The notes beneath the pieces are model-generated. The model did not search any database, had not been told where the DNA came from, and saw only the letters and a list, made by a program, of their open reading frames with translations. From a virus, in the IMG/VR virus record IMGVR_UViG_3300021962_000059: a stretch of DNA of 64,000 nucleotides, one strand, 5' to 3'. Position 1 is the first letter of the stretch. Each line of letters opens with the position of its first letter. This document shows, piece after piece, positions 57,201-64,000 of this stretch. The translations under genes were made by a program, and so were the position numbers.

Positions 57201-60200
57201 CTTAACATAAGGATTGTCTAAATGTTGAGATAATTCTTGTCCGCGGCGTGTTAACCCATTAGGAATTGAAGGTGACTGTAACGGTGGCGGCGGCAAAAAC
57301 CCTCCCCCATCCCAAACAGGAGCAGGGATAAAATTACCAGGAGCCGGTAATATTAAACCTTCCTTAGCTTTTCTGATTGCCTCGGCAGTTTCTTCTATAC
57401 TTTTTACCAAGTCTTCCCCAGAAGTCTTGATATTTGGGGGAATAGCTACTAACTCAGAATTGATTAATTTAATCGGTTCTGGGAGTGTATTGAGATTTGC
57501 GACAATATCCTTGATTGATTGGGGAATAAAGCCTAATTCTTTATTGGTTTGTCGGATTAAGTCAGCTAAGGTGCGATTAAGATTTTCTTGGGTTCGTTTA
57601 ATATCCTCAATCGTTCTTAGTCGGTTTCTTTCAGCTTCTTGCTGTTGCTCTTGTAGGTTGCGAATATTTCTTAAGGTAGAGATATAGGAAGTTTCTATCT
57701 CTTCGGTTCGGGACTGGAAAGTACGACCGCGACTAGCAAGGTCAGCTTGTCCCTGTACAAATTCTAGGAAAATGTCACCTAACTCTTTACCAGCGTCACT
57801 TGTACCGGGTATCAATAACCGGTTTTTGACTTGCTGTACCCTGATTCTATCGGTTGTATCCAGTAGCTGATTTTGGGTATTTAAAAGGTTCTTGTCGAGT
57901 TCCCTGACTAAATCACTGTAACTTTCAGATAGGGAACGATTCTCTTTAAATGCTGATAGTTGAGCGTCTTCGACTTGTCTTCTGTAGTCCTCAATCTGCC
58001 GGTTGAAGTCAACTATTTGACGGTCAAGGTTGCGGTAATAGTCTTGTAGCGAGGTTTGTTGCTGTAATAGGTTAGCGCGGGCTTGTTCTAGGGCTAATTC
58101 CGCTGCAACGATTTGTGATTTAATTTCTATTGGATTACCAGTGTTGTCTGCTAATTGCTGATAAAGTAATCCAATGGCTTGAATCCTTTCCTCTACATCT
58201 ATTTCAGCATTTCTTAAAGAAGCATTAACACCACCAAACGGATTAGCACGAATTACGTCAATACGTTTTCTTGCAATTTCAGAATCTACTCTTAATTTAG
58301 TTTCTGACTGATGCTTTCTTAGTCTATCTTGAGTAGCGTCATATTCAGACTTAGCAAGAGATAATCTAGCTGATGCTAGTTCTTTCTCCGCTTCAAATGT
58401 AGCTTTTCTCGTTTCCTCAATCGCATCTACCTGCTCTTGAGTTCGCCCTGATTCTGGAACGCTTAAATATTGTTCTAGGGTTTGCTGTTGTTTTGTTAGG
58501 TTTGCCTCAAATTGTTTAATTCGTTCTTTTTGAGTTTGAATTTCAATATTTCTGGTTTGTTCTCCAATTTGCACTGGATTTAAGTTAGAACGATAAACTG
58601 CTGTTTGATCATTTAAAGATTTATTTTCAATACGTCGCATTGTTTTTTCGTATTGAACTTCAAAATCTCTTATTGCATCAGTCGCTTTTTGCCATGCTGA
58701 TTCTAACGGAGTTAGTATGTCATAAAAACCAGCTTCTTCTAAAGATTTTCTGGTTTCTTCGACTATTTTTTGATTGCCTTCTACAATTGCCCTTAAAGCC
58801 TTTTTAGCTCCTTCTGGTAAATCCTGTTTATCAATCGCTTCGATACGACTGTTTAATCCTTTTCTTAATGACTCAAAATCAGTCATAAATTCGTCTAAAG
58901 GCTTAATCTTTTCTTTTCTAAGATCATTAAGTCTTTTAATTTCTTTGTCTATTTCTCTGATTCTAACTTTACTTTCAGATGTATTTGTTAACCCTGCGGT
59001 TGTTCTTTCTTTTTGCAGTCTTTGTATAGAAGCATCAATTATTTTAGCCTCATTAGCAAAGGGGTTAAGTAAGTTGATCGATTTACCTACAGTTTCAGGC
59101 ATTAACGACTGACCAGTTAATGCTTTTGATATTTCTTGATTAACTCTTTTTAGGTCTCTAGCACTATTTAAAAGCTGACTTTGCGCAAGTGTAAATTCAC
59201 CATAGTAGTCATTAAAATATTTTTCTAAGCCAGGTGATAATGCTCCTGCTTCTAATCTGGTAGCTTTAGCAATGCGATTTTTTTCTATGTCTTTTGGAGA
59301 AGGTGGCCGAAATCCAAATATTTCATTAGGTAGTCCCAGTGGACTACGCCCGTCTTTTATAGCATCATCACTTTTGTAACTAGAACTTTCGTCTCCTAGT
59401 ATAGCCATTAAGTTTAGTTCTAGCCCTTTTGAGGGAAGTTCATCTCCTCGCTTAACTTTTACTTCTAATGTAGGAGCTTCTAACTTATTTAATAATTTTT
59501 GAATATTGTTAATGCTTGCACCTATTTTTTGTTCTGATTCGTTTAAACTGGCCTGTAAAGGATTTGTAAAATCACTTCTAGCAAAAGCCATAAATCCTAG
59601 AGCAACAAAAGCCTTAAGAGCGATATTAAGAGCAACTAAAGCCCCTTTAGCCATGGCACTACTAGCGAATAAAGTATCAAATACTCCCCCTAAACTTTTA
59701 GCATTAGTAGCCGCTGTCCATATCGCCCCACTCATTCCTTTAAAAGTTAACCATAGTTTACTCAGTAAAGGTACTAAGAACATTTGCCCTAATACAATAA
59801 GCTGTTCAAACATAAAAGTTAAAGCAGTTAGCTCAAAAACACCGCTAGGAATAGATTTAAAAAGATTACCTAATGTATTTCCGATTGATTGTATTGGATT
59901 GACTGCTTTTTCCCAGTTGTAACCAAAAAAGCCTTTTCCTGATGCACCGTAAGAAATATTCTCTAAACTACCAATAGAAGCGGCGATTATGTTTGTAGTT
60001 CCTTTCGCCATGTTTGTAAACAGGTCGTTTTCAGTATTAAAAACGTCATCGATTACATCGGCTAAAATACCAGACATAAATGGGGTTAAAGTAATTAAGC
60101 CTGTTTTCCACGCGCCCATTATAAACCCTTGTATATTACTAACAACAGGTGCTATTTTAGGCATTGCTAAAATGGTTGACAGCCCAATGCCAACTTGCGC

Positions 60201-63200
60201 TACTACGCCAATCGTAAATGCTCCTGCGAGTTGTGAGATAATTCGGAAGTTATCACTAAAAGCCGTAACAATGCCCGATGCTAGATTGGTAATCCCAGCA
60301 AACATACCTCCAAAAATATCAGTAAAATTCCGATCTAATTTAAATAAAGCTGTCTCCATCGAAGCAAGCGCACTGGTAAAATCACTTGTACCTTTTTCTG
60401 CTGCAGACCCGAATTCTTGTTCTAGAATTTTTGTGACTTTTGGTAAAACTTCATCGGATAAAAGCGAGCCTTTTGCCACTAATTGACCCAGTTCTGCTTG
60501 GCTAACCCCTAGTGCTTTAGCAAACACTGACATAGTTGGTGGAAATTTCTCGCCCAGCTGCTGCCTGAGCTCTTCCATTGAGACCTTATTTTTTGCAACC
60601 AGCTGGGTATAGGCGTTGAGAACTAAACTAGCATCAAAGGTATTTAATCGCAAGGCTTTAATTGACGCTGTGATAGCAGAAAAAAGCTCTTTAGTTGCTT
60701 CACCTTCTAGTTTTGTTCCCTTTGTTGCTACTGCTAATTGAGTATACCCTTCTGACAAAGACTGCAAGGAAACTCGATATTTTTCTGCTAATCCTAACAG
60801 ATACTTGTATTCAGCGTCAGATTTAAGCGGATCGCCTGTAACAGCGTTCAATCTAGCATTAAAGTTTTCTACTCCCTGTATTCTCTGACTAGCTCCCTGA
60901 AAAGCAGGTGATACCATGTTAATCCCACCAGATACAGCTAAAGCCGTCGGTAGTAATGGCAAGGCTAAAGGGGCTAAAGATGCTAATGCTGGCAATAAAG
61001 GATTAGACATTGCAGTCATGCCAAAAAGCATACCAAAACCTTCTCTTGCCACGGTTTCTCTTTCGCTAGGGTCTTTGCTAATTTTCCGCTTAATGCTATT
61101 ACTCATATTCCGGAAAAACTTATCAAAGTAAGATTCAGTACCAAAATCTGCATATTTTTGAGCTAAGGTTTCTATTTTTGCATCAGCGAAAGTAGAACGA
61201 CGGACTCGATTTAATGCCCTTAAAGGTCGGTTTAAAAATCCTTGTAAAGATGTTTCTTCTTGTCTTTCTTGTTTTAATCTTGCCAATTCAGCGCGTTCTC
61301 GGGCTTCTTTCTCTCTGGCAGCGCGTCTGTCAAGAATAATTTTTCTTCTGGCTTCTATATTAGCCATTGCTTTAGGGTCTGGCGCGCCTAATCTACGAAG
61401 CCCTTCTATTTCTTCTTGTACCCTTTTTTCTGTTTCTTGTTGTCGTTTTTTCTCTTGTTCTTTAATAGATTTCCATTCTTGAGGCGATTTAATTCTTTGA
61501 TTCTTTTGAGCTTTGTTAGTTTCTTGTTGGATAAAGACATCCCTAGCAGATTCTAATTTGTTCAACAGTTCAATGGTTCTGTTGCTATTAGCTCCAAATT
61601 GTCTAATAGCAATTTGAACAGCTTTTTGCAATTTGTTTAGATAGTCTTGATTAATCTCTTTAGTAGCGAAAGAAGGTGAAGATATGCGGTTAAGCCCATC
61701 AACTTCCCTTTGAATTAACTGGTTAGTATTATCTCTACGTTGACCAATAGACTGTCTTAACTCACTAATCCTAGATTGTCTTCCCCAATTGTTACTACGA
61801 TTAATACCAATTGTTTTTTGAGTCTTTAGCCAATCCTGAAACTCTTTAGCTCGTTTCTGTTCGTATCTGTCTCTTATCGCTTGACGTTTTCTTTCTAGTT
61901 CAGCTAATCTTTCAGGGGATTGAGACAAAGCTAATCTGTTTAACCCATCAACTTCCCTTTGAATTAATTGATTAGTATTGTCCCTGCGTTGACTAATAGA
62001 CTGTCTTAGTTCGCTAATACGAGACTGTCTATTCCAATTAGTGTTACGATTAATACCAATTGTTTTTTGAGTTTTTAACCAATCTTGGAACTCTTTAGCT
62101 CTTTTCTGCTCGTATTTATCTTTTATAGCTTGACGCTTAGCCTCAATATCGCCTAGTCTCTCAGGAGATTGAGCGATAGATAAAGACGATGCCAATCTGT
62201 TTAAATCAGTAATCTCTTTCTGTACACTTCTTTCTGTTTCTTGTTTTAATTTAGCTTCTTGCTCTCTTTTTCTTTTAATGGATTCTGCTTGTTGGTTTAT
62301 TTCTTGCTTAGTTTTAGGAATGCGGTTAACTTTACTAGCTTCCTGCTTAGCTACAATTCCTCTGGCAGATTCTAATTTATTTAGCAATTGAATAGTTCTA
62401 TCGCTATTAACTCCGAATTGTCTGATAGCAATTTGAACAGCTTTTTGTAATTTATTTAAATAATCGTCGGTTATATCTCTACTAGCAAAAGGTGAAGATA
62501 TGCGGTTAAGCCCATCAACTTCTTTTTGTATTAACTGGTTGGTATTATCTCTACGTTGACTAATAGACTGTCTTAACTCACTAATCCTAGATTGTCTTCC
62601 CCAATTGGTACTACGGTTGATACCGACATTCTGAGTCTTTAACCAATCTTGAAACTCTTTAGCTCTTCTCTGCTCGTATTTATCTTTTATTGCTTGACGT
62701 TTAGCCTCAATATCAGCTAATCTTTCAGGGGATTGAGACAAAGCTAATCTGTTTAATCCATCAACTTCCCTTTGAATTAATTGATTAGTATTGTCCCTGC
62801 GTTGACTAATAGACTGTCTTAGTTCGCTAATACGAGACTGTCTATTCCAATTAGTGTTACGATTAATACCAATTGTTTTTTGAGTCTTTAGCCAGTCTTG
62901 AAACTCCTTAGCTCGTTTCTGTTCGTATTTATCTTTTATTGCTTGACGTTTAGCCTCAATATTAGCTAATCTTTCAGGAGATTGGGCGATAGATAAAGAC
63001 GATGCTAATTTGTTTAAATCAGCAATCTCTTCTTGGACTTTTTTCTCTGCTTTTTGTTGCTGGTTTCTTTCTTGTTCTTTTCTTTTTTTAGTTAATTCAG
63101 CTTGCTCATTTATTTCTTGTTTGGTCTTAGGAACGCGATTAGCTTTATCAGTTTCTTGCTTAACTGCAATCTTTTTAGCAGATTCTAATCTATCTAATAA

Positions 63201-64000
63201 CTGAATAGCTTTGTTGCTGTTAGCTCCAAATTGTCTGATAGCAATTTGAACAGCTTTTTGTAATTTATTTAAATAATCTTCAGTTATATCTTTACCACCA
63301 AAAGGTTGAGATATGCGGTTAAGCCCATCAACTTCTCTTTGAATTAATTGGTTAGTATTATCTCTACGTTGACTAATAGATTGTCTTAGTTCGCTAATAC
63401 GAGACTGTCTATCCCAATTGGTACTACGATTAATACCGACATTCTGAGTCTTTAGCCAGTCTTGAAACTCCTTAGCTCGTTTCTGTTCGTATTTATCTTT
63501 TATAGCTTGACGTTTTCTTTCTAATTCAGCTAATCTTTCAGGGGATTGAGACAAAGCTAATCTGTTTAATCCATCAACTTCCCTTTGAATTAATTGATTA
63601 GTATTGTCCCTGCGTTGACTAATAGACTGTCTTAACTCACTAATACGAGACTGTCTTCCCCAATTGGTGTTACGATTAATACCAATTGTTTTTTGAGTTT
63701 TTAACCAATCTTGGAACTCTTTAGCTCTTTTCTGCTCGTATTTATCTTTTATAGCTTGACGTTTTCTTTCTAATTCAGCTAATCTTTCAGGAGATTGAGA
63801 AGCAGATAGAGATGTAGCTAATTTATTTAACCCATCAACTTCTCTTTGTACTAACTGATTAGTATTATCTCTACGTTGACTAATAGACTGTCTTAACTCA
63901 CTAATACGAGACTGTCTTCCCCAATTGGTGTTACGATTAATACCAATTGTTTTTTGAGTTTTTAACCAATCTTGGAACTCTTTAGCTCTTTTCTGCTCGT
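54216..64000 (-). CDS. Tail tape measure protein (5' partial, more than 3260 codons) with embedded peptidoglycan-acting domains
   Basis: The reading frame stays open from 63554 to the window edge; I checked the codons and the repeat sequence continues. The body is a long coiled-coil/hydrophobic region with a Gly-rich C-terminal segment (GGGGGGLFNGLL...). A lambda-lysozyme/GH104-like motif is present (AFLDTIAYAEGT...HP...SSASGRYQIMDFTWD). An H-x8-SAGC motif is also present (IGFHLDDLQLGSAGCLVF). Confidence 0.85.
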   Translation of the reverse strand, partial: EQKRAKEFQDWLKTQKTIGINRNTNWGRQSRISELRQSISQRRDNTNQLVQREVDGLNKLATSLSASQSPERLAELERKRQAIKDKYEQKRAKEFQDWLKTQKTIGINRNTNWGRQSRISELRQSISQRRDNTNQLIQREVDGLNRLALSQSPERLAELERKRQAIKDKYEQKRAKEFQDWLKTQNVGINRSTNWDRQSRISELRQSISQRRDNTNQLIQREVDGLNRISQPFGGKDITEDYLNKLQKAVQIAIRQFGANSNKAIQLLDRLESAKKIAVKQETDKANRVPKTKQEINEQAELTKKRKEQERNQQQKAEKKVQEEIADLNKLASSLSIAQSPERLANIEAKRQAIKDKYEQKRAKEFQDWLKTQKTIGINRNTNWNRQSRISELRQSISQRRDNTNQLIQREVDGLNRLALSQSPERLADIEAKRQAIKDKYEQRRAKEFQDWLKTQNVGINRSTNWGRQSRISELRQSISQRRDNTNQLIQKEVDGLNRISSPFASRDITDDYLNKLQKAVQIAIRQFGVNSDRTIQLLNKLESARGIVAKQEASKVNRIPKTKQEINQQAESIKRKREQEAKLKQETERSVQKEITDLNRLASSLSIAQSPERLGDIEAKRQAIKDKYEQKRAKEFQDWLKTQKTIGINRNTNWNRQSRISELRQSISQRRDNTNQLIQREVDGLNRLALSQSPERLAELERKRQAIRDRYEQKRAKEFQDWLKTQKTIGINRSNNWGRQSRISELRQSIGQRRDNTNQLIQREVDGLNRISSPSFATKEINQDYLNKLQKAVQIAIRQFGANSNRTIELLNKLESARDVFIQQETNKAQKNQRIKSPQEWKSIKEQEKKRQQETEKRVQEEIEGLRRLGAPDPKAMANIEARRKIILDRRAAREKEARERAELARLKQERQEETSLQGFLNRPLRALNRVRRSTFADAKIETLAQKYADFGTESYFDKFFRNMSNSIKRKISKDPSERETVAREGFGMLFGMTAMSNPLLPALASLAPLALPLLPTALAVSGGINMVSPAFQGASQRIQGVENFNARLNAVTGDPLKSDAEYKYLLGLAEKYRVSLQSLSEGYTQLAVATKGTKLEGEATKELFSAITASIKALRLNTFDASLVLNAYTQLVAKNKVSMEELRQQLGEKFPPTMSVFAKALGVSQAELGQLVAKGSLLSDEVLPKVTKILEQEFGSAAEKGTSDFTSALASMETALFKLDRNFTDIFGGMFAGITNLASGIVTAFSDNFRIISQLAGAFTIGVVAQVGIGLSTILAMPKIAPVVSNIQGFIMGAWKTGLITLTPFMSGILADVIDDVFNTENDLFTNMAKGTTNIIAASIGSLENISYGASGKGFFGYNWEKAVNPIQSIGNTLGNLFKSIPSGVFELTALTFMFEQLIVLGQMFLVPLLSKLWLTFKGMSGAIWTAATNAKSLGGVFDTLFASSAMAKGALVALNIALKAFVALGFMAFARSDFTNPLQASLNESEQKIGASINNIQKLLNKLEAPTLEVKVKRGDELPSKGLELNLMAILGDESSSYKSDDAIKDGRSPLGLPNEIFGFRPPSPKDIEKNRIAKATRLEAGALSPGLEKYFNDYYGEFTLAQSQLLNSARDLKRVNQEISKALTGQSLMPETVGKSINLLNPFANEAKIIDASIQRLQKERTTAGLTNTSESKVRIREIDKEIKRLNDLRKEKIKPLDEFMTDFESLRKGLNSRIEAIDKQDLPEGAKKALRAIVEGNQKIVEETRKSLEEAGFYDILTPLESAWQKATDAIRDFEVQYEKTMRRIENKSLNDQTAVYRSNLNPVQIGEQTRNIEIQTQKERIKQFEANLTKQQQTLEQYLSVPESGRTQEQVDAIEETRKATFEAEKELASARLSLAKSEYDATQDRLRKHQSETKLRVDSEIARKRIDVIRANPFGGVNASLRNAEIDVEERIQAIGLLYQQLADNTGNPIEIKSQIVAAELALEQARANLLQQQTSLQDYYRNLDRQIVDFNRQIEDYRRQVEDAQLSAFKENRSLSESYSDLVRELDKNLLNTQNQLLDTTDRIRVQQVKNRLLIPGTSDAGKELGDIFLEFVQGQADLASRGRTFQSRTEEIETSYISTLRNIRNLQEQQQEAERNRLRTIEDIKRTQENLNRTLADLIRQTNKELGFIPQSIKDIVANLNTLPEPIKLINSELVAIPPNIKTSGEDLVKSIEETAEAIRKAKEGLILPAPGNFIPAPVWDGGGFLPPPPLQSPSIPNGLTRRGQELSQHLDNPYVKAFLDTIAYAEGTANMPNKGYNTLFGHGQFSSFADHPRQRIPFGSTSSSASGRYQIMDFTWDEEKSKLGLKDFSPVSQDLVALSRILMRGGLDELLKGDIRGAINATRKEWASFPGANYPGQGMKRMEDLLKVYEQSLRKYQPNAPRTQSELEALQYNDNPANSGALNRVQQIRRNQGGQGANVPSQSPVVPSALQLPQNLQKGSNILVRKSGQRTPEGLEILQFDLIKDGKVVDTVIGGVTGRPSTQSAIGTNRTNIRGSETPLPDGNWSVDANHASRYLRQFNSGQLANYKPSQIPLGTVGPAWIGAEPKFSTGRSQIGFHLDDLQLGSAGCLVFTDPNQIAKIANWVVQSGANSMFVDLDGKQTSRGGQGGPEFSSPPSIAQELPSPPSIAQLPTLPNQNQDDFWDADLPPVLKDNPINFQNPNLPPVPNLPTANLGTAADQIRNAEIAERNSQEFLRRLEEQQNLNNALDRSIRFRRQQEEDARTLERTLRDASENVADLTINSKGYLTVQEEINKSATEVSRQYRSQIESLEDQRRTLLLNADAQQKYSDAIKEILGEFQREGIALPPEFVKEMTDSIEVLAKNAELAKEQVAILDQAIEQLGRNQGAATLEASFRRTRDTVRSIRDRLNDLTIQRMRLEFQSGSGLFDDSAILAERISLQKEKEELEDYLQVYEGLPEYAEYVANIRSEWEKLAELRLERVALDTSPNRNAAESFFSDIREGKGIGSAFSSLGLNIMTKFVEGITKPAIDALTSAIDGFTKPITQAFESVFNAIIGPVGNFFANALNSIFKPVGNIFSSIFGGGGGGGLFNGLLSGITGVFSGGLGGLGSIGLLGSIAPSGFASTPASAFSLGTGFSLFSDGGKVGKANAPIEKNIISAFQRERAMSGGRKPRLIVANEDELVLNPKETEAYLEYRNNAPIKNYANGGFVGGKPNYSTTSNNNSSNQSLVINNTNNVTVESRNDMGYSLNQLKERENAQNERTKKRFFS
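56130..56560 (-). other. Possible L,D-transpeptidase-fold (YkuD/Tlde1-like) domain inside the tape measure (approximate bounds)
   Basis: GRSQIGFHLDDLQLGSAGCLVFTDP resembles the His...Gly-Cys active-site arrangement of this fold. Weak call. Confidence 0.35.
56930..57230 (-). other. GH104 / lambda-lysozyme-like lytic transglycosylase domain inside the tape measure (approximate bounds)
   Basis: DNPYVKAFLDTIAYAEGTANMPNKGYNTLFGHGQFSSFADHPRQRIPFGSTSSSASGRYQIMDFTWDE. Confidence 0.6.
61550..64000 (-). repeat. Nested tandem repeats in the 5' part of the tape measure gene
   Basis: An ~85-aa module A (SQSPERLxxxExKRQAIKDKYEQKRAKEFQDWLKTQ..GINR.TNW.RQSRISELRQSISQRRDNTNQLIQREVDGLNR) occurs at least 7 times in the window. 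It alternates with a ~110-aa module B (..DYLNKLQKAVQIAIRQFG.NS...IQLL..LESA...). The DNA copies are near-identical. Confidence 0.9.

Noticed and set aside
54493-61131. Several + strand ORFs of 60-165 aa inside the tape measure gene (54493..54894, 54907..55170, 58774..59112, 59506..59922, 59989..60486, 60916..61131 and others).
   Set aside because: They are antisense to a continuous ORF of more than 9.7 kb with clear domain content. Their low-complexity Ser/Leu/Pro-rich translations are typical of shadow ORFs.

Overview
This is an AT-rich, tightly packed segment of a tailed-phage genome with no host housekeeping genes, transcribed almost entirely from the minus strand. I read it as a cyanophage with a siphovirus / GTA-like tail. 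It encodes an NblA (phycobilisome degradation) homologue and carries heptanucleotide tandem arrays between genes that resemble cyanobacterial STRR repeats. In minus-strand transcription order (high to low coordinates) the modules are as follows.
- A giant tape measure gene whose 5' end lies beyond 64000, followed by an NlpC/P60 peptidase.
- A ~7.5 kb accessory island holding Rha-like and RHH regulators, a paralog family, a 750-bp pentanucleotide tract, two tRNAs and a frameshifted HigA-like gene.
- A lambda-J / RcGTA-g15-like tail protein.
- A small + strand moron block.
- An early/replication block with a ParB-like protein, a second paralog family, an XRE/RHH divergent switch, a Toprim primase-helicase and a promoter-driven tRNA-like RNA.
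- An 11-gene tandem paralog array.
- An SF2 helicase.
- A tail fibre and a Dit-hub fusion protein.
- Lysis genes (TM protein, GH19 endolysin).
- A head module: putative portal, DNA methyltransferase, MuF/gp7-like protein, prohead protease, capsid, RusA-like resolvase.
- nblA, a fused ThyA-like enzyme, an HTH paralog triplet and nrdA/nrdB.

The most unusual features are listed here.
1. A ~750-bp tract of strictly phased pentamers (NNACC on +, GGTNN on -) with regular 8-nt punctuation.
2. At least four lineage-specific tandem paralog families; the largest has 11 adjacent genes plus one distal copy.
3. A ~200-nt tRNA-like RNA whose 5' end coincides with the +1 of a consensus promoter.
4. Two ~245-bp iteron / inverted-repeat elements showing covariation.
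5. GTA-like tail genes scattered over three loci.

All functional calls come from motif recognition by eye. No database search was run.
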